From Tubulanus polymorphus (Eukaryota; Animalia; Nemertea), in the NCBI RefSeq assembly GCF_964204645.1, contig NC_134030.1, forward strand, positions 5,622,778 through 5,686,777: DNA of 64,000 bases, given 5' to 3'. Both the position numbers and the translations under genes were made by a program. Of the stretch, positions 1 to 12,081 are shown in pieces. Below the pieces are notes generated by a model. It had not been told where the DNA came from. It saw only the letters and a program-made list of their open reading frames with translations, and searched no databases. Each line of letters opens with the position of its first letter. Position 1 is the first letter of the stretch.

Positions 1-489
1 CTATGCTATCACCACAGCACAGCACAGAGTGTTTCATCAGTGGTAATCTTTGATAGGAGTCGTTAATAATCTGTGTATTTTCCTATACATCAGCGGGGCA
101 TGGATTTAATTGTATTTTTCTTTTTATTTCATCTAATTCACTCGGAAGTGTCGTGTTTTATACATCCTCCTATCCGCACATCTAGCATTTCTACGCCATT
201 TCTCCGAATGGTTTTCATTGTTCGGATTAAAATCGGCGAGAACAAAGAGATGAAGTTAATTGTTTCGCTCTTACTCAGAAGATTTGTATTGGATTTTTCT
301 TCATTATGCGCATTGTCGCAGGCAATCACGTCTCGTGTACTGGATGCATGTTGCCTGTCAAATGACCATGCCCAGCAATCAAACCACCTTCACTAGGGAG
401 AAAAGAATCAAATCTACTCCAGTTTATCGCAATTTATATGCTTCTAAAGGGACGTGTTACCTTTCCGTTGTTAATTTGAAACAGTTATC

Positions 490-780
490 AGTGTGGCTGC
501 AATAGCTCGCGGCGATTATGAGTGTGTCTCGTGCGACATCCTAGCGAATAGGTGGAAGTGTAGACGTTGCGAACAGAACCAGACTCGTCGGTCCAGGATT
601 CTTGGGTTCGAATCCCGCAGTGGCGAGAGTGTCCTGGTTGGCTTTATCTCAGTGTCCTTCCAGCCTAAGAAGGAAAGTAAACCTTGAAATCTCTCCTAAT
701 AGCTGGAAGGCGCTTAAACGAGTGGGAAATGTGATGAATGAGCATGTGTAGATGCGTGCAGTAGAATATTCGAAAGGAAA
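490..780 (+). mobile_element. Probable tRNA-derived SINE fragment
   Basis: Pol III B-box/T-arm GGGTTCGAATCCC at 604-616 in GC-richer sequence with no complete cloverleaf; boundaries approximate. Confidence 0.35.
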
Positions 781-1793
781 CTAGTAATTTCATGGGAATC
801 AACGTAGAAATCATGTTGTTTCTGTCTTGTTTGATCTAACGTCAGCACTCTGTAATGCTATTCATCGCTTAGTGGCTGTTACTATGTTATATACGAATTA
901 CTCCTGTGTTCAAATTTATCATCATCACCTGCCAATAAAGGGCAAATGATTTTAGAACGCTCAACACTCGTGTACGAGCATAAATCATACTCAAGCATCG
1001 ACTTCAAATACTACTCGATAGCCATATAATGGATCGCAACCACTTTAGAGACTGGATATTAATTGATGAATACCGGTCTGCGATACGTAATTATGACAAC
1101 TGGCGTTAATGTTATCCTCGCGCGGCGTCAAGTGTCAGTGAAAATTCATTTTTCAAATTCAATCAACGCGCCTCTCGGCTTCTATATATCTGTGGCTCCA
1201 TAGAAGATGAACTCCGCTTTTTATTTTACTGTAGAAAACATACTGTACAAAGAAACCTATATCTATACGATACGGTTGAGTCGGATTTTATCAATATCTA
1301 GCACTTGTCAATAACACTTGCTCCACCACCGTGTTTAAGTTAGCGAAATTTGTGAACGAATGTATATAACCGTTGACTTTTGTTCTGTACATCTTTCTTG
1401 TGCTCCTTAGAATGACATATTTGCGATACTAGTCAATAAAGTTTTGATTTGATTTGCTTTTGCTTCGGTTGTTCAGTTGGCGATTTGATTTATTACAGAC
1501 TGATTATCTAACTAGATGAATAGTTCACTTTTTGTCCAAACCCTCAACCCACCTACCAGTAATTAGTTGAGATAATTGCTCGTAAAATCCGCCGAACACT
1601 ATGTCTATAATTTTTTTACCGAGTCAAAAGAGAGTCCAAAGAACACATTGTCCGGTTCTAAATGCAGAAATTAGGGCATATTCAGTTTAAAATTCTACTA
1701 CTTACTTTGAAACCTACTTCGATCTTTTATAGTAGCATTTTTGCCATTCGCAGATTTTTTTATTCAAAACGATTCACTCTTTTCTCTTTGCAG

Positions 1794-1835
1794 GGAATAT
1801 TAACAATCACCAGAAAATGGCCTATATAACACAGG
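1794..1835 (+). CDS. Hox1: Candidate 42-nt internal micro-exon of Hox1/labial (linker region)
   Basis: Strong acceptor (ctcttttctctttgcag) and donor (AGG|gtaagt). Phase 1-1 and open in that phase: (G)NINNHQKMAYITQ(G). Joins in frame to the homeobox exon at 11756. Confidence 0.55.
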
Positions 1836-4800
1836 GTAAGTAAATCAGCATCGTGCTAAAAAATTGCTATTCCGCTTTACTATGGGTCTCGGTTGTTACT
1901 ATGGTATAGTATCGACTCGTAACAAGGAAATAGTTGCATAGTTATACACCGCCAAGCGTATCGGCTATCATTACCAATCTGTTAACCATGTGCACAGATC
2001 ATTGAGGCTAGAGGGTTACATCTGCCGGTAAATTCATCTGTTCGCTTCAATCAGCATTTTTGCCATCACAGGCGGTTCAAGCGGTCTTGAAGTTCTCGGG
2101 GAACTTGAACTTTTATTTCACTGTTCCGTAACATAGGAAATGACGTGCAATGTACCGTGTGAAAAAATACTATAATTTTACATACAAAACATAACAGGTT
2201 GTATATAAACATAACATATATGCATTTTGGAGATACCGGTAATAAAACTGTACATGTATCTACGTATCTCACTACTATAAGGAATCATTTAGTAGAAGGC
2301 AAAAAGATTTATTCACTTGTTAAGGTTTTGATGATGCACTTTCAAGTAGATTTCGCTTGCCTCGGTTCTCGCGGGGGCAATGAATTTTCTCCGAGGGGAT
2401 GGATCGTTATTACGGAGTAAGACATTTGAAATATAGTGTCCGGGGCTTGCGATATTCCGAGGCAATCGACTCAGCCCGTGGTAATGTAATGTAGAGACGC
2501 AGAGAGAGATTGAGTATAAACTACATGATTCGCTAAATCTGGCCGCTGTAGTAAATGGTTTCTTTGCATTGGTTTTGACGTAATTCCGAGGAGTATTGTC
2601 GTATAAAGGCTTTTTCACGCGGTGTCTTCTCTTCATTAGCTACAGCGACTGACTGGTCTTCGTGTTCATTAGTATTGTGCTCGCTGTCAACGTTGATTCA
2701 CCACATCAAAGTTGACGCTGTCTTACTTCATATTCATATTCTAATACCAGATGCAGTAAATATTGTCTGCGGGACAATACGAGCTTCCAGCAGCCGTCAA
2801 TCCTGCAAGAACGAGTCTGACAAACCGATAGAAATGAACACGAGTATTAGCGAGAAAGGAAAGAGATGTATTACTCACGACGGTAAAAATCGTTCGAAAT
2901 CGCATCTTCGATGCTGACTCGTAAATATCTTAATCCCGGTGGTTACAGAATCAATCGGGGATATTTTAACGTGACAGATAAACCGTATCGAACATCGGAA
3001 ACATGTGAATATGGCCTATATTTATTGGTATTGGGAGTAAGATCAAAAGCGTTCGATTCCTCGATTATGTTGTCCTAATGAGAGTGGTGTAGAGCGTGCT
3101 ATATAGTGAGGTTCGAGTCACTGGTCGCTGTTCTTGTCAATCTTGATGGCGACGGGGTATCTTCGTCGTTCTTCTCCGGTCTCTCCCCTTTCAGCTGGGA
3201 AAATGGAAACATCAAACCTACTGAAAATGTCCTGCGTGGCGCTAAATCGATTGGGCTTAAAAGAAAGTCGTTCTGATCTTAGAGCAAGACTGCCAGTCTT
3301 ATTACTCCAAGTTCTGATTGACCAAAGCTTTCCCATATATATATATGATATGAATCAACGATGTTTAAGAAATGTTGGACGATTTTTACATAGATCCCTA
3401 TATTAATTCCAGCCAGTCCACGTGGTATTCGTGTTTTATATCGAAGTGGGAAGATTACGCGTGAGATATTCAACCGTTGACGTGAAATAACGCTGACAAC
3501 TTGCATCCGTTCATTTCAAAAGAGCAATCCGCTTCCCTCTCCTTGGCGTCGGAACAATTAAAATCCGTTTTTAATTTCGTTCCAAGGTCACCGTGTACGG
3601 TTATTAACCGCGACGGTGCCCGCGCTCTCTGCTGCTGAATTATGCATGTCCTTTTCTCCACCGACTACTTCATTATTGTTTTTTAATCAATTCGTATATC
3701 GTTGCCCTGCTGTCCTCGCGTGTGTATGTATATGGGAAGGAGCGTGTTTGAAAATATTGCTGTCGCTGGGTTTTACTTTCACTCGGGGTGGAACTTGGTA
3801 CATCCAGCGGCCTTCTTTTTTATCGGAGGCTTTGGTTCATTGTACCAGCAGTGCATCGACAATCACCATTCAACTGTCTAAACAACGAAGAAATTATTAT
3901 TTCATTTTACATATATGGATTCTATGAATCCCTCATCCCATCAGGTGAGCGTGCGTGGGGCCGGGTGTTTTTTAACTACCCCTCTTGTTATGTAGAGCGT
4001 GGCGTGCGTGTTTGGCTTCGAATTGCCCGTATCAATTGCAGATACGGAAGTATCGGAGCATCCCATCTATTGTCGTGTATAACTGTGTGATCGGTGGCGA
4101 TGTCGACTGACGCGAACGGTGGCATTATCGTCGCCGTATAGCCCGCGGGCACGATGCATCGCCGACGCAAGTTAACTATTCGACCAGGCTTCATTAACCT
4201 ATTATGATACCTTCGGTAATAACACGATATCGTTAGCGTGTGTGTACTTAGCCGCGGGCTTCGAGACAATATACTCATTTCAGAGCGATTCTCTCGAGTT
4301 AATTGATAGGCAAATTTGTTTTTATTGCGGATATTGAGTTGTAAAACGTTCTTGTGAAACGGATTTTCGACTTAAATGAAAAACCCGTCGCTTCTCGGTG
4401 AGAGCTGTATAACGACGAGCGTATAGCGACGTCTCGATGGTTAGATCTATTGTTTCATATGTCATTTCATGGAATTATCACGCGTTGGCATTAAACCATG
4501 TAACTGGGAGACTAGATTACGTAGATTGTGGCGTGTCGTCGTGGGTGCACGAAGGACATCATCTCCAATTTAAGTGTCACCATTTGATAAGTGTATAATA
4601 ACCGGCGTTCAGACCGGCTTTGTAATTATACTAAAAACCTCGCGCTAAAATCATGACGTTTTTCCATAACGGCTGAACTCCGATCGAATATGACACGCAA
4701 TTTGTCTGAAAGTGCCCGTATGCCGTCGTTGTGTAATAGCAATTTCATCGCCGAGTTTTTTTTTACCTCCGGGAGACGGAACTGAGCACGTCCAAGAGAG

Positions 4801-5184
4801 TTATCTGTATCGATGCTTTAATTGGTACTATTCGCCTAATAATCGCGTTATTGTATCGCAGAATGCGCGCGATGCCATCTGAGAATTGTCCGTCAGTCGG
4901 CTGGGGACGCGAACAACGGCGAATCAGACACAGGGAAGTCACGACGATACGTTAGACCTGGGGAGTTGTCAATCCGATCTTGAATCGGATAGTGCCTTAA
5001 AACACGCATGATTCTATCCTCATTGTCCGTACCGTCATATCTTATTCAAGCTTTAATCTCTAGTTCGAATTAATGGAGATTTCAACCTCGACCCGGGATC
5101 CACACCCTCACCGCTTAATTGTGATTTTTCCAATTTTTTTGTCGTCGCTCCACTCCACCTGGGACATTTTAAAATGGAGAATTT

Positions 5185-5410
5185 AGCTCTATCACACTTG
5201 GCGCGAGCCAAATTTGGAACAACACTGTTCACGCGGGTGCCAAATGGGCCCGCGCGCCCGGGTCAAATTTGGCCCGACCAAAAGCGTCGGACCAGGTTTG
5301 AGCCAAATTTTGAGCCGTATCAACTGTTTCCAGAAGTGACTCAGTTCGCTTTCTTTTGGTTTTCTATGGGCCAAATTTGATTCGGGCCAAATCGTCTCCG
5401 TGTGATCGCT
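5185..5410. mobile_element. MITE-like element with repeated CCAAATTT motifs
   Basis: Ends atcacac...gtgtgat; internal CCAAATTT(GG) repeats; shares cgtcggaccag with the element at 24311-24620. Confidence 0.4.
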
Positions 5411-8400
5411 CCTTTTTTCACCACACTTTTTAAGTGATCGTCCACACTAGACTACACGGTGAATGTCTAAAGGGGGATAGTTTCACAGGCTGCAGGTTCA
5501 CCTCAGAACACCAAGCCGGCCTATAACGAGTGTTTTCTTCCCGTCTGTCAATGTTTGTTGAAAACATTGAAACCGAGAACGAAAACCTCTTAGTTCATCG
5601 CGCTGGAAATTAAGGGCTCTTCAATCTCGGCTCCTGCCAGTTTCGTCGTTTACTAATGTTTTGTCACGTACCGCGTAAGGGTGCCGGCGATCGGATTTCA
5701 CCGGCGTCCATCCATCATACGCCTGTGTAAAGTAATATGCCATCTTTGTTTCCTTATTGCCTCTTAATGGCCGTAAAACAAACCGTCTGACCACAAACAA
5801 CTGTCACCAATGGGGAGATTGCACTTACAAGACAAATATTAGCACCGTAATTGAGTTCCATTTTGTTTCATTTGCATGTCAGAATTTGACATCGAGAAAA
5901 AGATCCGGGTAAAGTTCCCCTTCGGATTCATCGGAAAAAAATGAAGAAAATCGGAGAGCGCCAGCTGAAAAGTCACCAAGGTCAAGAAACTTCATGTATA
6001 GAAAAGACTCATAGCAAGAGACTAAGATCACTGAAATCGGTAATTCATATCGTATTCAGTCGCCATTTTCGGCCATCTCTAAAAAGGGCCTGGATGAGTG
6101 AAGCCATATGTGTTATAGCACCAAACCCTGAAAATTTCATGAAAGTGCAGTATTACTGAGTTGGAGCCAGACTTTCAGGGCTTCGTTTCCGCTCAAGCCT
6201 GCCACTTTATTCACGTGTACCCCTCGGTGACAAAGAAAGTTCGAATATCAATCTTTGACTTCAGTCGCCGCTGCAGTGACTTTCATTTATACCCGATTCG
6301 GGTTTAATTCAGTTTGCCTCAATCATCGGAATCGTCGCTGTAATCAGCGCGTAAAGAAGAAAGAAATGTTATTAGCGTCACGATAAACTGGGGAAATTGA
6401 GCTCAAACGCGACATAAGGTAACATCATGCGATTATCAGTAATGCATGCAAACTTCATTGAATCATTATCAGATGAACTATAAGCACGAGTTGCAGATAT
6501 CTTCGATTCGCTGCAATGTTGCGATTGTAAAGGGCTTATTTTCTCATCATATCCGCCACGCTCATCAGTTGATCTTCCCATTGCCATTCCATATCGTCTG
6601 TGTGTGTGAATATACAACGACGAAGAACTTCTGAGACGTTCGTATTCTTGCTATTTGCTGTAGTAGTCGGTGTCCATTGACATTGTCAAAAGTCTACGAA
6701 CAACAGTCGCGATACCGAGCGAAGTGACGTCGTTGAATGACAACTGAACGTGGGCACTGTCACAAACATGACAAGCCTAGAATACTGACAGGATATCCTG
6801 TGAACCACTGCATTCTACCCGATGATTGACAATTTCACCTTTTTCTCACGGAGAATTTTATTAGACTTCGTGAGTGACTTTATTAGACCAAGTGACGCCT
6901 TACATTTAGAACAATTAACGCAATTTGGCAAATTGATTCTTCATTATGTACTTCGGTTCTGGGCATCATTTTACAGCGTTTATATATGTGTAGATACACA
7001 GTCAGTTGGGATCGAAATCAACTGACCAGAACTAGGAATTCCCGGCCATTCTCTCCTTTTATCGATACCAAGCAGAACGACTCCAATGGACCGTTATCTT
7101 GATTCGTGTAGGCGCTGCTATATTGCAGTCAGTGTATATGAGACCTTGGAAATGATTACTGCAAGATGAGACATCGTCACAGTATATGAAGGTTGTGATT
7201 AACGCAATTACCTCCTTAATTTTCTGGATGAACACCGTCTAATTGCATCGCTCGCATTTTTTTGCGAACGGTCCTCATTCGAGCAGGCGCGACAGCTTTA
7301 AACCGCTACGAGATGGACCGGAAAATCTTCAAAATGGTGGTTTTTATACCGCGACGATACGATGACGACGACGATTTGCCGATGGTTGGACATTGAGTTC
7401 GCTTGGTCATTAATTGTTTACTACAGCAGAAGTCTCAGTTGCCGCTGATGTGATAGTGATCGACAGTCGTATTGAACATGGTCACTGGACGAGATGATAT
7501 CTACACAGCTATTATAGTCTCTAGCGCTCGAAAAGGAATTACACAACTGACGTGATAGATCCCTATGATTTCCGGGAGTTCATCGTACTCCACTGCATGG
7601 AAATCGACGCTTTTCATTAGCGATTATCATCGTGAAATACGGCTAGAATGTCGAGTTGTCTATATTATTCATATTTTCTATGCTTCTCAGCGGTTTCTAT
7701 CAATGTAATCAGGAGTTGGAAACATTTTCAGTTTCTTTCCAACAAATATATATACGAAGCTAGATACGACAGAATAAAATTTTAGTATGGATACTTGTGT
7801 ATGAAGGTGTTTGATGTTAGGTCTTTGGTCGTGCCAGTGTCGGCGTTAAGTCGCTATGCGTCCATAATTACATCTTAGCCCGGCTTTCATTTATTATTTA
7901 AGCTTCCCAACAAGTTTGTGCAGGCTAAATTGAATTTTGAAAGGTTCACATACACAAGCCGAACTGAATTATTTAGCAGGCTGGGCGATTTGAGGTCGTG
8001 CGACACCATCTCGTGACGAGATCCGTGCAGAGGTTAAAGGGAGAATTCGTGATTTTATGCATCTTGTACGAGGTGGATGTGTTTACGAACCGTGTTGTGG
8101 AGTTCCCACGGTAAAGGCATCCTCGGAAAATAGTCTGTGTATAAAGATCTCTCGTTCATACGCACTCGGACATCCAGTGCTTTATTGATCTTCGTGAGCC
8201 CTGTGCCCTTCTAAATAAAGTGTTGTATCGAGTCGACCCAATGTTTGTTCAGTCACCACGCGAAATACAGCCCCGACTTCTCCCTCGACAATTTGAAAGC
8301 AAAAACCTCATGTTTTCCTGTTAGAACATTGTTGATACGGGGCATAAGCCGAGAGCTTTTAATTCTGTAATGTGTATGCCGAAGCATCTGGCCGTATTAG

Positions 8401-11080
8401 AAGCGGTCCTTCAATATAAACAGTGCGCTAATTGAAACATCAATTTATAAATGGTGAAAGCATATTTTCTGCGCACAATTGTCATGTGGTCGACTGAGCG
8501 TCTGGGTAAATGAGAAATGACAGCGTGAACCGATGAAAATCGAAATCAGCGAAAATCCTATGAAAATTAATTAGAGCTATCGAGTTGTGACGACGAGCTT
8601 TACTCATTGTGTTGCTACGCGGGTATTGTTGCATCTTGATATTGATACTCGGCAATCACTTTTCGCGCTGTCCCTTGTATATTCAGAAAAAAAGGCTTTA
8701 ACAGAAGCGCTATCCCACATTGGACAGGCCCATTCACGAAAGGCTTTTACCGAACGGAAATTTTGCCGAGTCAAACTTGCAGTGTCTGAATACTGTGTAT
8801 TCCTGATTTCGAAACCAAAATCTGGCAACCAAAATCTCTCTAATATTCCACATTGTAAATGGGGCTGTCCACTATTTTCACCTTGGAGCTCCCCGAATGC
8901 TTCAATCGCGTTGATCTGCGCAAGAAGTGGTAGACATCGGAGGTAGCCCGGGTTACCTGTTTCGATAGCCCGTTATCCTTATCTCCCAATCGACTGCGGC
9001 ACTGACGTACTCCGTCATGTATGTCCGCTCGACCGTGCTATCTTCCACGACGCCAATCATATAAAACTGTATCTACGCTCTTCCAGTTGAACGGAAAAGC
9101 TTTTTTTGACTAGAACGAGAAATGATGAAGTAATGAAGTCCATTTTCACTGAGAGCAAATTCTGTTTATCGGTTAACTGATGCTGATACGCCGTGTGTAT
9201 GTCGTATAATTACGTAAGTCGGTCGCCGTTATAGTGAGCTACTTATCCCACGGGTCATCTACCCGTCAATCCCGCTTAGTCGTCGTTGCATCACGACAAT
9301 CCATCGAAATCAATATAAGCTAATTCGCCGCCATGTCGGCGTCTTTGAAGTCGCGGCTTATTTCCATAATAGGCGCGGGGTTTTTTTATCGAGACGCCGG
9401 TAGTCGCTCTTAGACGGAGATTTTTGGTAATCTTCTATATCGGCAAACGATCTGATTATGTACGAGAATATTGTTTCTTCGGCGGGTCCACCGAGATTTT
9501 GGATCTAATTCTCTCGAGGTTCAGGAATCGTGCTCTTCTCCGTCAGTCGCTAGCCGGTTCAGGCTGGATGGAAGATTGTTCATCCGAGGCTCAGCCAAAA
9601 TTGCCCCGGCAATTCGATTCAGACCAACATTTCTGCTAATTTGCGACCATTCATCTGTATTTCTATTCCTACTGGTCTGAAGTGAAGCGAAGCTTTTAGA
9701 TTACGAGAAATTGTGGAGCCATATCCCATATGTTTTTCATTTTTTTTTTCAACAAAACTGTAACTGTCACATCCACAATTTGTCGTAATCTTAAAACCTC
9801 GCTTCCCTTCTAAACACTACTTCGAATTCAAGGTCGAAGCTTCCCTACTTCGTTAGATCGTAGACTTTAAAAATCGATTTGAGGCCCATCTACATGAGAG
9901 GAACTTATCCTTCAATCTTCAATCTACAAGGAAAAATTTTCCAAACGCCGACTTTTCAGATAAACGGAAGTACAACCCCCACACCACAACGTTTGTGTAA
10001 CCGAAAACCTCGCTACCCCAGCACTCTTCAATCCAATCGTTTAGATGCGCGCGTTTCAAAATACAGGCGCCAAAAAGCCGTTAGTACCTGAGTGTAGATT
10101 GGCCTTAGAGTCCATGGATAGATCAAGGAATCGTGTTCTCATTCGAGGTGAAACTGCCCCGTTAGAACTGACGCTTTGTGTTGTAAAGACGTCTGATATC
10201 CCCGGCTGGTTACGTATGCTAATTGGCATTTTCACTGAAAGTTTCGTCGTATCTTTGACGAGTTAAATTGATTTTTACGAAGCTGGATATAACGGTCGGT
10301 TTGATATCTTTGCGTGACACATGGAACATCGTCTTTAAATTAACCAATAATCTCGGCGAAGAAAACCTTTCTAATCAACACATTAAACAGTGAAAGCGTT
10401 TTATGATTTTATTAACACGTTATAAAAGGAAACGCCTGGGTCTGTTGACTTGGGGGAAATCAATTGAAAGCGGAATGAATAGCTAAACGCGATTCCATAA
10501 CAAACCACAGTCAACTGAGTCAGTCAAATCACATCCGGCCTTTTTGTCAAGAATGTTGCATTTTAATGTGTTTTCAGTTATAAGGCTTTTTCGTAAGCGG
10601 ATCCCTGTTGGCATTTCTGTACTCGCTCGGCATACGCCGTATATAAGTGCGGTTTTCTTCAAAACGAACATGGTTTGTCTTTATTGATATACCTGCCTCT
10701 CCCGGCACGGCTGCGTTGGTGGGACTGGCCATCCTTCGTGTTAAACTACGATATAAAATGTATAACATATGTAAGTTTAGAGTAGGATTAGGTCCGATGT
10801 TAATTGGTGATCTAACTATAATCATCCGACCACACACAACATGGTTAATATAGAAACATTAGCCGCGCTATACGGCATGCGTGTATTTGTTTTATATCGG
10901 TATTGTTAGTTGGTAATTAGATTGATTCTTATTCGGTCGGTGGCCAGTTGGGAATACACGTATACACACCACCCACAATGAAAGGTTGACCGTCACACAA
11001 GTAAAGAATTCTATGTTTTCCCCACAATGCCACTGAGGCGATTGAGGATTCGGTTTGTGGCAAGTGAGGATCCACCAGGT

Positions 11081-11150
11081 TCTCCCTCTCCCTCTCCCTA
11101 TCCCTCTCCCCCTCTGCCTCTCCCCCTCTCCCTCTCCCCTCTCTCTCTTA
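11081..11150. repeat. Polypyrimidine (CCCTCT-like) low-complexity tract
   Basis: tctccctctccctctccctatccctctccccctct..., about 600 bp upstream of the Hox1 homeobox exon. Confidence 0.8.
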
Positions 11151-11755
11151 ACCTAATCAAGTATATGTCAATAAGAATATTTTGGAAAAGACTCGCGTCA
11201 AATGCCTGTATATACTTCTTAGTCACCGCGCTAGTCGTGAGCGGTCATTTTGATGACGAACCTACGATGTCGGTCACGTCCAATTGCTGAAACAACCACG
11301 TCCAGCTTCCGTAGTGACAAAAATCCCAGTCTCAAAAACGAGGTGAAGAATGAAGAACTGCTTTTAGCGATGAAGCCGCCTGCGCGCGGACATGTAAGGG
11401 CTAAACGAGAATAGGACGCGCGCGGCGTTAAGTTGTAGATGTACCTGGACAGTAATCCAGTCATCGCATTTATGGTCACGTACTGGCCCGCATTGTCTAC
11501 TCAACATCACTTCCTGTGACGTGAGCCAAGTGACAGGCGATCGACGCTGACATATGCTTAAATTAATAACAAGCAAACAAAACTCACTTTCCGTCCCTTG
11601 TAGCCTTATCATTGTATTGACGCTGGTTGTTTTCATAAGTCCATTGTCGACAATTATGTTTCGACTTCTTTCTTTGATGATATGTGATTGCGTGGTAATA
11701 ATTCACGAGAACTACGTTCATTAATTTTGCTGTTCACTTTTTTCTATCGTTGCAG

Positions 11756-12081
11756 GTAAAATCCCGACGGATCACTACGGATTCGCGCCGCATCAACCGA
11801 ACACAGGCCGAACCAACTTCACTAACAAACAATTAACCGAACTAGAAAAGGAATTTCATTTTAATAAATATCTAACGCGGGCCCGGCGGATCGAGATCGC
11901 CGCGGCGCTCGGACTCAACGAAACCCAAGTCAAAATATGGTTTCAAAATCGACGGATGAAGCAGAAGAAACGGATGAAGGAAGGGCTGGTCTCGAATACG
12001 ACGTCGACGACTAATGGCAATACGAGCGAAGGTTCGAACAATAGTCAAAACGAAAATTCGAACTCGGTCAATGAGGATTAA
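11756..12081 (+). CDS. Hox1: Hox1/labial homeobox (last coding) exon; hexapeptide exon not found in the window
   Basis: Acceptor ttgcag at 11750-11755. Translation (G)[80 protein letters not shown]...NED*. Homeodomain 11797-11976 has PG1 signatures [23 protein letters not shown]. First AATAAA at 12820-12825. Confidence 0.97.

Noticed and set aside
11027-11290. Proline-rich ORF (SPSPSPYPSPPLPLP)
   Set aside because: Translation of a CT-rich simple repeat within the Hox1 intron.
1836-11755. Scattered Pbx-Hox (TGATNNAT) and Meis (TGACAG) sites as a labial autoregulatory enhancer
   Set aside because: Only isolated matches (e.g. about 7553 and 11531), at a frequency expected by chance, with no clear cluster.
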